From Balanoglossus misakiensis (lineage: Eukaryota > Animalia > Hemichordata), in assembly GCA_040954595.2 (NCBI GenBank), contig CM082576.2, positions 13,767,129-13,831,128 of the forward strand: a DNA stretch of 64,000 nt. Reading direction: 5' to 3'. Below the pieces are notes generated by a model. The model worked only from the letters and a program-made list of their open reading frames with translations. It did not search any database and was not told where the DNA came from. Each line of letters begins with the position of its first letter. Within the stretch, counting starts at the first letter, position 1. A program made the position numbers and the translations under genes. Shown here in pieces: positions 56,201 through 64,000 of the stretch.

Positions 56201-59200
56201 ATTAGTCCAATCCAGTGTGCGAATTTGTTAATGTATGACAAAACAGTGAGAAACTGTAGCCCCATAGTCTTGACCATTGTGGGTTTTTTGGTTACAGTCA
56301 CTCCAGTCAGACATCTCAAATCACCAAGATGACATCAAGAAACTAGTAGAGAATGCCGAAGAAATCCTAGCCTGTAATCCAGATGATGCCAGCATTAGCA
56401 GTCAGGCCGATCAGATTGAAAGCAGATATCAGAACGCTGTATCTGTTGCCAAGGTAACTAGAAGCCATGGCGATCTGCTCCCTGCTCCATGCAGAAATTG
56501 ACTTCAGACACTTCTTAACGTGCTGCAGTTGTCGTTATTTAAGAAACCTTGTCAAAGTAGATTGTGAGAAATTAAATAAATTCAATTATTTCTCTCTATC
56601 ACACACACATGTACATGTATACTGTCCAAATTTGCCATTTTAAATGCTAGACTTTCAATGTATTATTATGTTCAGAGAATTAATAGATTCCTCTCAATTA
56701 TATTTTCATTTAGGATGCAGTCAAGAGACTTGACAAGAGTGTATCTGACCATCAAAGATTCACCGATTCTGTCCAAGACTGCAGTGATTGGCTGACTGAC
56801 ATGAAACAAAAACTGGCTGGCTCTCTGGATGCCTCAGGGGACAGAGACTCAAACCAAGACAAACTACACAAGATACAGGTCGGTTGAGTTTCAAGTTCAA
56901 AGTGCTATACTGTCTTTCATTTTGTTTCTTTTTTTGGGGGGCGGGGGGGGGGGGGGGGGGGTTAGTGGACATGATGTTGCTATGGCACTGTCAACAGAGA
57001 CTTCATATACAGTGCAATATAATAAAAGTACAATCTAATAAAATGCTATACACTACATTCAAATCAGTACAGTACAATAGAATACAATTTACAATTCACC
57101 CAGTCAGTAGAATACAATATAGTTAAAGTACAATATAATACACTATGCAAAATGATACAGTATGATACATTGCATTTCTCCCAAAGAAAACCAAGAGGAC
57201 TATCATGTATCTGGCAAAACAGTATGTTTGAATACAACAGATTTGATATTTTAAATTCTGTATATATTGTCTGAATGTACCATGAAATAATACACAAGAA
57301 AAATGACTAACCACAATTTATTCTGACAGGAATTAATGTCCAGAACTGCCGAAGGAGAATCCAAACTGCACACCACCTGCGAACAGGCGGAGAAAGTCAT
57401 TCCTCTGACATCGCCTGGAGGCAGACAAGCCATCAAGCAGCAGACGCACGTCCTGAAACAGGACTTTGACAACCTGACGGCCCAGATGAAGGAGGCAACG
57501 GCCATGCTGGACACGAGCCTTCAACAGTGGGGCAGCTACGAGGACAGTTACGAGGAGCTGTCCAGGTGGCTGCAGGAGATGGATGAAAACCTGCAAGGTG
57601 CCTCCAACTTGAAGCCCAGTCTGGACACCAAGAAAACGCACCACGAAAGAATCCGGGTAGGAATTTCAGTTGAAATGCATGATTGATACTTTCCATGGCA
57701 CCGAGAAACTGAACTGTCCAAATAGTAGAAGTATTGATTCATTCAAGTCTTACATTCGGGTTCACAGATTTAAATTATGTGAACCAGTCTAAATGTGAAA
57801 CTGTAAATGTATTACTGGATATAACGTCACTTTGTTCTGTAAAGAATCTACACACCAAAACACTATATAATGCAAATATTCAGTTTTGCTCTTTACACAT
57901 ACTTTCACCATATGCTTGAACCAAGGCACTGATCTATGTATAATTCGAAAAAAGCTTCCTGGCTGATATGACTCAAACTGCAAATATAGATTTCAGTTGA
58001 TAATGGTTTCTACAGCAGATGATTTCAAATAACCTTCACGTAGTATATGATAGTTGCTTGCGAAGTAAATTTCAAAATGCATGTCATTGCTTTGCCTTGG
58101 CTGTGTGTTTGCATTGCTGCGCAGCATCATGCAAGCTGATGCGTCAATCTTTTCCTTGTGCAGGCTGTGCATGATGAGGTCATTGCTCACCAGAGCGATG
58201 TGGATGCGCTGAATGAGAAGGCAGGGCAGATTCTTGACACTAACACAGGGCATGTCAGTGTTGGTGGTGATGCCACCAGACTCACCACTAAGTACCAGGC
58301 ATGTCTCATTGAAACTAAGGTAAGCCCGCACAAAATTATTAACAAAAAATAATGTTACAGTTTGGAGAAGATGACAATGAGATAATATTTAGTGTCGTCA
58401 GCTACCATGGACATAAGAAAGCGTTTATCCTTAGCAAATTTTCTAATGTGACTGAAAAATAACAACATTCTGTCAGTAGAAATACTCAGAGAGCAATTTG
58501 AATCCATTCACTTTTAAGTCAATTTTTGTGACCAGTTTTGTAAATGACATTTAAAAATGAGCTCCTAAAGCAACATACCTTGTATTCATAAAGTCTACAT
58601 GTCTATGTATATAGAACCTGTACTATAAGTTGTAATTTTGTACCAAGTTATTTTGGTCAGATTCAAATACGAGAAAATTAATTGAACTTAGACCTTGTAG
58701 TGTGTAAATGAGAGTTTACGACAGCAAAACAATGGTTGGTGTAAAGAACCAAATACTGGTACATTAATATCATTTTCAGGTGCTTCGTTTCGATTTTAAA
58801 CATTTGTATGTGCAAAGTTTCTGATCAAATTCCCCAAACCTCTCCTTCAGGAATTCCTGAGAAAAGCAGAAACTAATGTACTAGAACACCAACAGTACCT
58901 TGATGCCGCTCAAGACTTTGTCTTGTGGTTGAATACCAGTAAAACTGCACTCGCTAATTGTACCGAGGTCGCCGGTGACCAAGAAACCATGGAAACCAAT
59001 CTTCACAAGCTACAGGTAATATTTAATGCATTGATTTTGTATGAGGAAATTAAAATCAATTTATGGTGCATGATTTTTTTAAAACTATACATCTTATGAA
59101 AGACAAGGATCCATAAAGCTGAGTATCTGAACTTCTATAATGTTATCTTACGCAAAACTGGAAATTCCATAATTTTAAGGCCAAAACCCTTAGTTTTTGG

Positions 59201-62200
59201 TATTATGTCATTCAAAAGAATTTAGATTCAATAGTGGATTTACCCTTCTGAAAGTTAGCTCAAAAAGTAATACCTATTTATTTCATGAAATTGTGCAATG
59301 TTATGCATGAAAATTCTACATCTGTCCGAATAAATATAAGCTAATTTGATAACCCTACAGGAACTGATTCCCACCAAACACAAAGGCCAGACTCTACTGA
59401 ACACTGCAGTGAGTCGTGGCGAGCGCATCCTGCCGCACACTGCGCAGCCAGGACAGGACGACATCAAGATACAGGTCCAGGCACTGCGACAAGAGTACGA
59501 GAGTTTGGTGAAGCAGATGAACGAAGCCAAGCAGAGCCTGGAGCAAAGTTTGTATGACTGGAAGGGTTACGACTACACCTATGAACATCTCTCCAAATGG
59601 ATGAAAGAAACGGCGGAAAACCTGCAGTCAGCCTCAGAATTGAAATCAGGACTGGCAGACAAGAAGTCGCAACTTGACAAATTCAAGGTAAATTTTACAT
59701 AAAGACAGTTCACAGTGACACAGAAATCTACAGGCTTTTTAAAGTTTTTCTGAGAATGTTTCAAAAACAGATGCATTTGCGATCAAATGCTTGGGAAAAA
59801 CTGTCAAAAAATTAATATTGTTAAATTTTCTGGTGTGAAAATTAACTTGTCTCATTGGTGTACATCCAACCATACTTTTATACCACATGTAATGATTTCT
59901 TATCTGCATACCAAATATTGATGACTCTTCTTTGCATAATAGGGTATACAGCAAGACGTGGTAACTCACGAGAGTGACCTCGGCAAGGTCACTTCCATGG
60001 CGCAGCAGATACTGGACAAGAGCACGAAGAGCGTGGCCGTGGCCGATCATGTGACGCAGCTGTCGAGTCAATACCGAGATTTACTGTCAGCTTCAAAGGT
60101 AAAGCAGATGCATGTAGCACACTGGCTGTGAAAGTACAGGGAAATTTGCGAGCACCAAATCCTGTCTAGGTTATTGTTATATGCACCATACCCTGTGTGG
60201 TTCATTATACGTTGTACAATGAAAGTTGTGTACATTAATCAAGCCTAAACCAGAAATATGAATGCTGTCTGATCATTTCTCCAGTTTCATGCCCAGGCAT
60301 TATGTCATAATGAACTCTGTTCTTCAGTAAGGGGAACATAGTAAAAAATCATATACCTGGTTCAAATACCTTCTTACACTCTATTCTGTATTCATATCCT
60401 ACCATTCAACGAATATCTGTTTGCCTGTGTTCTTTTTGGACAGGACGTTGTTAAGAAAATCGACAAGGACGTGACAGAACACCAGCAGTATCAGGACAGC
60501 ATGCAAGACTTCATGGCATGGTTGAACAAAGCCAAACAGAAAGCAGCGACTTACTCTGAGCCATCTGGCGACAAAGAAGACATCCAAGAAAAACTGGATC
60601 AAGTTGAGGTAAAGAGCCATGTTTTTGTGTTGTTTGTCTCTTCAAGGAAATGAAAATGAATTAATTAAAAGTAATGATTATAGTGCAGATAAAATGTGTT
60701 TTCCTTGTTATCTGTTATTCACAAGTGCAAGTGTCTTTGATTTCACACACAGAAAACCAACACAAATGTCCTGTGCTGAGGTTTAGAAAGAAGTCTCTTT
60801 TTAAGTTTCAGTTGGTCTGCTGTCTTTTACTGAAAAATATCTGAATTTTCAGACTCAAAGATTGCTTTCCCAATAATCTTCAATTGTAACCAACTCCTAT
60901 TGTGTGTAGTGCATTTTTCAAGAACAAAAAACTGTACAGTCGCATATATCTGCAGGAAATGATAAGTTTTTCTAACTCTGTTGAAATGAAAGTGATATTT
61001 GCATTCATTTGCGTTCCGATCGACAGGACTTGTTGGCTACCAAACAACAAGGCTTCTCCAAACTGAACGCGGTGACCGAGAAAGGAGAGAGGGTCATCCC
61101 CAACACGGCCACCGCCGGCCAGGAATCCATCCGGCTGCAACTGCAGATCGCCAAACAGGAGTGGGAACAGCTGATGAAGAACCTGGCCGAGGCCAAGACC
61201 AACCTGCACAGCAGCGTGTACCAGTGGAGCGACTACGAGGACAACTACAGCCAGCTGAAAGATTGGCTGAAAGAGACGGAGGAGGCTCTGACGGGAGGCA
61301 GTGAGAAACAGCCGGGATTGGCGGAGAAGAAGACCCACCTGGACAAATACAAGGTCAGTGTCATGGACGGGATGGGGTTGTCTTGCTTGATAATCCATAT
61401 TTGCCTCCCTCACACTGATATTTGCTTGGATAATAGAGTATATAATTTGAAGAATGAAATGGTGCTGTCACTAGGTTATCAGCATATAGCACAACATGAA
61501 GGATTTTGAATGAATATTTAAGCACATACATTTCAAACTAACAAAGTTAATAAAAGCTCCCAGAAATAGCTCATTAAACCCTCGATCATACTGGTAGATA
61601 ATGTGCATGGGGAGGAACCTCCCTAAACAGCTTACATTTTGAATGATTATCAAATTTTGATGAGATTCCAATGTCTGTCATTTGTGATTTCAGGGACTGT
61701 ATGAAGAGATCCTGGCCCAGCAACCAGTGGTTGATGACATCGACGAACAAGCGCAGAAAATCATGGAGAGAAACACCGGAAGTTTGTCAGTGGGAAGTGA
61801 TGCCAGTCGTGTGACAACCAGGTATCAAACGCTGGTTATGAATGCGAAGGTAAGAAATCAAAACTGTGTGGGGTCAATGAGTTTTGAATACAATATCGTC
61901 CGGTCATTCAGGCATGAATCCAGAGTGTCCTATGCGAGAACTGTGTTGCTTGTTCTTTCTGAAGAATTCATTATTCTTGTTTATCCGTTAATCCAATGTA
62001 GTACACAAAAGAATCATGTGTCAGTTTATGACCATTCTTTCAGCATTTGTTGTTTTTACTGTGGTGAGATTCATAGTCTGGTGAAAAAAAACATTTTCAC
62101 AAAAAATAATAAATAAGATTTGATCAAAACCTTCAATGAAAATGTGTGTACGCGTACCTCTTTCATTAAATGCTGCTGGCACCAATCCCTTGTTACTACA

Positions 62201-63830
62201 TGTACAGTTTGAAAAGATCTTTTGTACAATAACGTTGACAGTTTCTTGGATCAGATTTCATTTGTGGCAATAGTTTTTATCATGTGATGTCTTCTCCACT
62301 TGCAGGAAATTGTCAAGAAATGTGAACAGAATGCACTGGAGCACCAGTTCCACACGGATGCCACCAAAGAATTCCGTAACTGGATGACACCGGCAATGAA
62401 AGCAACCGCCACATGTAGGGATACTACCGGAGATAAAGCGACGTTAGAGGGAAGACTACGCAAAGCAAAGGTAGCTATTCGTCTCTTGTGTAAAATGTCA
62501 ATATCTGAAGTTGATGAGTCAATTTAGAGATGTGAGAATGGATTGGCAGAATGCGGGCAAGTGTATAAAGAAACTGCATGCATGAGCCTTAGACAGATGA
62601 ATTAAAAAAAATTAAAGTAATAGGCTGATTTTCTGAGTGGCGAACCTTTCTCAATGGCTACTGTACATGAAGGACAGAAATAAATCTATTTATTGTGAAA
62701 TGTCTTTTGTATGTTATCAGGAGCTGGTGTCGAACAGACAAAAAGGTCAAAGTTTACTGCACTCTGCCATCACCAAGGGTGAACGGGTGCTGCCCAACAC
62801 GGCCGAGGCGGGCACGGAAAAGGTTGCCACGGAGATCCAGGGAATGAAGGACGACTGGCAGACCTTCTTGTCGCAAATCAACGAGGCCAAAGGTCAGCTG
62901 GAGGGCTGCGTGCAGAAATGGCACCAGTACGACGACAGCTGCGGTGAAATCGAGAGATGGCTGAAAGAAGCGGAGGAGACGTTGCAGACGGATCCAGAGT
63001 TGAAAACAGAACTCGGAGAAAAGAAGGCACAGCTAGACAAATATCAGGTGAGAATCTAATAAATTTTATTTCATTTATGATGCATATTTATTTCAGATTT
63101 TCAGACTTAACAGATAAATTGAAACAGATCATGTAGGATAAGAAAAAAAAGTAAACATGACATTTATCCGATGTTTGTTTCTTTGTAATGCAGACCCTCC
63201 AACAAGAGGTGCAAGCTTACCAGACATCTTTGGAAAACTTGGATGAACAAGCGCATCAACTGATGGAGATAACTGGAGACAGATCGATCAGTAGCCAAGC
63301 GACCATGCTGCGGACGAGACACGAAGCTTTGGCCCTTTCAATCAAGGTGAGAGATTCAGTATACAATGCATTCATTGGGCATCTGGTAATTTAAAGCATT
63401 TGTTATTTGAACATGTAGGAGTCATTTGGTTTATATGGTTAGTATAATTGTTGTTCAAATAATGGAAATTAGAACTCTGTTCCTGGTTTCATCATGATTG
63501 GTTAAAAGTGAGTAGCAGAAATTGTTGTTTGCTGATTTCTTGTTTATTTGACATAAAGTTTGTTTAATAAAGAAACCTTCTAAGATTGGTTTTCAGCAAA
63601 GGTGGAAATAAACAAATATTTTCTAGTGAAATGCTGATTGTAATATAAATGTTCTATTGTTTCAGGAACTAATGAGACGATTGGAGCAGTCTGTACGCGA
63701 CCACCAGCAGTACTACAACGCACTGCAAGCCGTCACAGAATGGTTGAACAAAACCAGGCATGCGCTGACTGTACATTCTGACTCGACCGGTGGCAAACCG
63801 ATGCTGGAATCAAGACACAAACAACTGCAG
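11192..63830 (+). CDS. SYNE1: Nesprin-1/SYNE1 (MSP-300)-like giant CH + spectrin-repeat protein, spliced, 62 exons traced, 3'-incomplete
   Basis: The spliced translation gives EQELVQKKTFTNWINSILAK...LFEDIKDGTKLLALLE...IKLVNVNASDVVDGKPAIVLGLIWVIILYYQIEE...AKKALLKWAQ...VKDFGKSWRDGYAFNA...DVDKPDERSIMTYVAQF (paired CH domains). It continues with ELKYGLLSFVVMTERKLKTWTVKYGRQDSVE and LNDSGNFLIEVC, which I recognise as nesprin-1-like. All exon phases are compatible and boundaries are GT-AG. The ortholog name comes from recalled similarity, not a search. Confidence 0.9.
11442..11522 (+). mobile_element. ~85-bp TTAA-type (piggyBac-like) MITE, copy 1
   Basis: ccctttcaccactatggttt...ttggacctct...ggggtgaaagg, similar to the copies at 13760, 34812 and 34934. 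Confidence 0.7.
12835..12930 (+). CDS. SYNE1: exon 2, CH1
   Basis: RDPPLQITELFEDIKDGTKLLALLETVSGEKL; ag/gt. Confidence 0.93.
13207..13290 (+). CDS. SYNE1: exon 3, CH1
   Basis: RFEKGKNLRRLHFLSNIRTALEFLEKKK; ag/gt. Confidence 0.92.
13760..13844 (+). mobile_element. ~85-bp piggyBac-like MITE, copy 2
   Basis: TTAA|CCCTTTC...GAAAGGG|TTAA; TSD intact. Confidence 0.8.
14027..14119 (+). CDS. SYNE1: exon 4, CH1 end
   Basis: IKLVNVNASDVVDGKPAIVLGLIWVIILYYQ; ag/gtaagt. Confidence 0.93.
14160..14351. mobile_element. MITE with TTAA TSD and AGG...CCT ends (Kolobok-like)
   Basis: TTAA|AGGTATACAGTCACC ... GGTGACCCTATACCT|TTAA; TIR 13/15. Confidence 0.7.
15785..15963 (+). CDS. SYNE1: exon 5, Ser-rich CH linker and CH2 start
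   Basis: IEEQTNIL...SPPKKK...AKKALLKWAQRAAT; phase 0-2. Confidence 0.92.
16400..17020 (-). mobile_element. Decayed retroelement relic, DIRS-like reverse transcriptase/RNase H fragments
   Basis: The minus strand reads (with frameshifts) VIRNWHG/GIATTMYLDD (YLDD 16952-16941), then GFVIN (16858-16844), DAS and DAFTL; stops present. Confidence 0.45.
17741..17788 (+). CDS. Candidate 48-nt cassette exon with GC donor (CCQRGRLSRTEVVLRR) in CH2
   Basis: TACTAAC at 17715-17721, ttactcag acceptor, AG|gcgagt donor, open symmetric phase 2-2 inside a phase-2 intron. Confidence 0.55.
17848..20836. mobile_element. ~3-kb non-autonomous TIR DNA transposon, Academ-like
   Basis: CAT|TAGTCAAGTAGAAC ... GTTCTACTTGACTA|CAT; ~160-bp imperfect TIRs, 3-bp TSD, internal subterminal repeats, no long ORF. 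Confidence 0.85.
21833..22029 (+). CDS. SYNE1: exon 6, CH2
   Basis: SVKLEVKDFGKSWRDGYAFNAMIH...GIPKLLDPG; phase 2-1. Confidence 0.93.
22100..22152. repeat. Degenerate (ATACA)n pentanucleotide repeat
   Basis: gatacgatacaatgcaatgaaatacaatacag...; similar tracts near 41555-41585 and 57010-57170. Confidence 0.7.
22379..22476 (+). CDS. SYNE1: exon 7, CH2 end
   Basis: VDVDKPDERSIMTYVAQFLQQYP; phase 1-0. Confidence 0.93.
22944..23087 (+). CDS. SYNE1: exon 8
   Basis: cag|LMGSVRD...LEEYE|gt; 144 nt. Confidence 0.8.
23376..23690 (+). CDS. SYNE1: exon 9, spectrin repeat
   Basis: KQEELA...KWMDRAEKEL...LAEHQ|gtgagg. Confidence 0.87.
24976..25257 (+). CDS. SYNE1: exon 10
   Basis: QCFKDS...ELKYGLLSF...KYGRQDSVEALSRNYT|gtaagt. 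Confidence 0.88.
25525..25621 (+). CDS. SYNE1: exon 11
   Basis: DFTEKGKFFQKYE...; phase 0-1. Confidence 0.87.
26210..26412 (+). CDS. SYNE1: exon 12
   Basis: EEKTSV...NLSVEIHSVQSMLEKVIQNW...; phase 1-0. Confidence 0.88.
26826..27143 (+). CDS. SYNE1: exon 13
   Basis: EFFKTLPVWMDKHTVLNDSGNFLIEVC...QDLD|gtaagt. Confidence 0.9.
27608..27931 (+). CDS. SYNE1: exon 14
   Basis: DIREQEP...RLEQHQ; 324 nt, phase 0. Confidence 0.88.
29105..29248 (+). CDS. SYNE1: exon 15
   Basis: AFFKGAP...NGQFK; 144 nt. Confidence 0.85.
29570..29737 (+). CDS. SYNE1: exon 16
   Basis: DIVTNSESWE...IQKHL; 168 nt. Confidence 0.87.
29947..30081 (+). CDS. SYNE1: exon 17
   Basis: EFFDNVD...QAKWK; 135 nt. Confidence 0.87.
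30753..30914 (+). CDS. SYNE1: exon 18
   Basis: DIMYQSPIRL...LQQHL; 162 nt. Confidence 0.86.
30982..31157 (-). mobile_element. TA-type MITE, same family as 39724-39915, opposite orientation
   Basis: tgtaaaacgggaaat...attccccgttttacagTA; shares ctcttgtgtagttcgcgaaca in reverse complement. Confidence 0.7.
31450..31670 (+). CDS. SYNE1: exon 19
   Basis: KFFHDTN...WPEQWKEYYA; phase 0-2. Confidence 0.87.
31968..32073 (+). CDS. SYNE1: exon 20
   Basis: FTAVSKWMDSVE...HKKFQ; phase 2-0. Confidence 0.85.
32426..32923 (+). CDS. SYNE1: exon 21
   Basis: AISQDVKSHQ...EKELQ; 498 nt, GC-rich. Confidence 0.88.
33411..33551 (+). CDS. SYNE1: exon 22
   Basis: GSLSVWEDYE...NSKE; 141 nt. Confidence 0.86.
33851..34168 (+). 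CDS. SYNE1: exon 23
   Basis: DLHNAQL...FNKAK; 318 nt. Confidence 0.87.
34461..34787 (+). CDS. SYNE1: exon 24
   Basis: VMFSEIYD...SDEHD; 327 nt. Confidence 0.87.
34812..34897 (-). mobile_element. piggyBac-like MITE copy 3 (reverse)
   Basis: Reverse complement matches the 13760 copy; TTAA at left. Confidence 0.72.
34934..35015 (+). mobile_element. piggyBac-like MITE copy 4
   Basis: cccttcaccaccatggtt...gttggacctctatagaggg...gaaaagg|TTAA. Confidence 0.72.
35272..35580 (+). CDS. SYNE1: exon 25
   Basis: AVRKDIQE...LATFQ; 309 nt. Confidence 0.87.
35875..36195 (+). CDS. SYNE1: exon 26
   Basis: KIQQELKD...LEAHQ; 321 nt. Confidence 0.87.
36222..36359. mobile_element. piggyBac-like MITE, second family
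   Basis: TTAA|CCCTTGACTACC ... GGTAGTCAAGGGG|TTAA. Confidence 0.78.
36617..37258 (+). CDS. SYNE1: exon 27
   Basis: IVKSDVDD...LKELE|gtgagt; 642 nt. Confidence 0.87.
37280..37412. repeat. Alternating purine-pyrimidine (TG/CA/TA) low-complexity tract
   Basis: gtgtatgtgtgtgcgtgtacatgt... visible directly. Confidence 0.85.
37852..38172 (+). CDS. SYNE1: exon 28 (acceptor at 37852 or, in frame, 37861)
   Basis: KLQVEVAAHQ...MTRHE; atypical A-rich acceptor. Confidence 0.78.
38794..39129 (+). CDS. SYNE1: exon 29
   Basis: IAEAELV...LGNFH; 336 nt. Confidence 0.85.
39464..39607 (+). CDS. SYNE1: exon 30
   Basis: AQLVDKE...ANAKE; 144 nt. Confidence 0.85.
39724..39915 (+). mobile_element. MITE with TA TSD (Tc1/mariner-type ends)
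   Basis: TA|CTGTAAAAAGGGAAAT ... ATTTCCCATTTTACAG|TA. Confidence 0.78.
40186..40359 (+). CDS. SYNE1: exon 31
   Basis: LAKSQET...LKECR; 174 nt. Confidence 0.83.
40763..40927 (+). CDS. SYNE1: exon 32
   Basis: KTIDDIKAHQP...HRSAK; 165 nt. Confidence 0.85.
41215..41370 (+). CDS. SYNE1: exon 33 (module 1 A)
   Basis: IQDSLE...CADTAGDRAFIETKLDKLN; 156 nt. Confidence 0.85.
41822..42148 (+). CDS. SYNE1: exon 34 (module 1 B)
   Basis: 327 nt, phase 0. Confidence 0.86.
42335..42490 (+). CDS. SYNE1: exon 35 (module 1 C)
   Basis: 156 nt, phase 0. Confidence 0.86.
42891..43055 (+). CDS. SYNE1: exon 36 (module 2 A)
   Basis: 165 nt, phase 0. Confidence 0.87.
43659..43985 (+). CDS. SYNE1: exon 37 (module 2 B)
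   Basis: 327 nt, phase 0. Confidence 0.87.
44338..44658 (+). CDS. SYNE1: exon 38 (fused module 2 C + module 3 A)
   Basis: 321 nt = 156 + 165. Confidence 0.87.
44957..45283 (+). CDS. SYNE1: exon 39 (module 3 B)
   Basis: 327 nt. Confidence 0.87.
45681..45836 (+). CDS. SYNE1: exon 40 (module 3 C)
   Basis: 156 nt. Confidence 0.86.
46202..46366 (+). CDS. SYNE1: exon 41 (module 4 A)
   Basis: 165 nt. Confidence 0.86.
46696..47028 (+). CDS. SYNE1: exon 42 (module 4 B)
   Basis: 333 nt. Confidence 0.87.
48129..48284 (+). CDS. SYNE1: exon 43 (module 4 C)
   Basis: 156 nt. Confidence 0.86.
48360..48624 (+). promoter_or_regulatory. Candidate internal promoter and alternative start region
   Basis: CpG-rich intron with ATTGG (48366), GGCGGG (48373), CCAAT (48397), TTTAAA (48424), ATG|gtgagc (48489) and an in-frame ATG at 48535 reading into exon 44. 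Confidence 0.5.
48625..48789 (+). CDS. SYNE1: exon 44 (module 5 A)
   Basis: 165 nt. Confidence 0.86.
50275..50601 (+). CDS. SYNE1: exon 45 (module 5 B)
   Basis: 327 nt. Confidence 0.87.
51090..51245 (+). CDS. SYNE1: exon 46 (module 5 C)
   Basis: 156 nt. Confidence 0.86.
54180..54344 (+). CDS. SYNE1: exon 47 (module 6 A)
   Basis: 165 nt. Confidence 0.86.
55564..55896 (+). CDS. SYNE1: exon 48 (module 6 B)
   Basis: 333 nt. Confidence 0.87.
56298..56453 (+). CDS. SYNE1: exon 49 (module 6 C)
   Basis: 156 nt. Confidence 0.86.
56714..56878 (+). CDS. SYNE1: exon 50 (module 7 A)
   Basis: 165 nt. Confidence 0.86.
56936..56961. repeat. poly-G tract
   Basis: Long G run with one C, about 60 nt downstream of the exon 50 donor. 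Confidence 0.9.
57330..57656 (+). CDS. SYNE1: exon 51 (module 7 B)
   Basis: 327 nt. Confidence 0.87.
58164..58319 (+). CDS. SYNE1: exon 52 (module 7 C)
   Basis: 156 nt. Confidence 0.86.
58851..59015 (+). CDS. SYNE1: exon 53 (module 8 A)
   Basis: 165 nt. Confidence 0.86.
59361..59687 (+). CDS. SYNE1: exon 54 (module 8 B)
   Basis: 327 nt. Confidence 0.87.
59943..60098 (+). CDS. SYNE1: exon 55 (module 8 C)
   Basis: 156 nt. Confidence 0.86.
60444..60608 (+). CDS. SYNE1: exon 56 (module 9 A)
   Basis: 165 nt. Confidence 0.86.
61027..61353 (+). CDS. SYNE1: exon 57 (module 9 B)
   Basis: 327 nt. Confidence 0.87.
61694..61849 (+). CDS. SYNE1: exon 58 (module 9 C)
   Basis: 156 nt. Confidence 0.86.
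62306..62470 (+). CDS. SYNE1: exon 59 (module 10 A)
   Basis: 165 nt. Confidence 0.86.
62721..63047 (+). CDS. SYNE1: exon 60 (module 10 B)
   Basis: 327 nt. Confidence 0.87.
63194..63346 (+). CDS. SYNE1: exon 61 (module 10 C)
   Basis: 153 nt. Confidence 0.86.
63666..63830 (+). CDS. SYNE1: exon 62 (module 11 A); gene continues beyond the window
   Basis: 165 nt, CAG|gttggt, no stop. Confidence 0.86.
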
Positions 63831-64000
63831 GTTGGTGGAAATCAGTGACGTTCAAAAAGATTCAAAACAAATTGAGTCCACGTTGTAACAGGTTTACCAC
63901 CTGAGAAATGTTAATGTTCTGTCACGATCATAACCACTGTATGAGTTTATATCCAGGTATTACCATCAGTATGGTTCAGAAAACGTTGTGTGGTGTTAAA

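Noticed and set aside
32396-61413. Many minus-strand ORFs of 60-177 aa overlapping exons
   Set aside because: Antisense shadows of GC3-rich spectrin-repeat exons; no independent splice or protein signal

Overview
AT-rich eukaryotic (animal, probably marine invertebrate) genomic DNA. Almost the whole window is the 5' part of one giant + strand gene, a nesprin-1/SYNE1/MSP-300-like protein. I traced 62 GT-AG exons by hand from 11192 to 63830 (about 4,600 aa, frame continuous). They encode two N-terminal calponin-homology domains followed by a spectrin-repeat rod; the gene runs off the 3' end and no KASH domain is in view. From about 41.2 kb the rod is a tandem array of about 10 three-exon, all-phase-0 modules (165/327/156 nt = 216 aa). 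The most interesting layer is a set of candidate isoform switches not shown in the ORF track: two phase-compatible alternative first exons, a 48-nt GC-donor cassette exon in CH2, a 3-nt microexon, internal promoter/start candidates (one adding a polybasic + Cys-Cys leader), and a distant-branch-point acceptor. Introns hold a 3-kb non-autonomous TIR element (TAG...CTA ends, 3-bp TSD, Academ-like), a decayed DIRS-like RT relic, several TTAA/TA MITEs and microsatellites. All isoform calls are sequence inferences that need transcript data.
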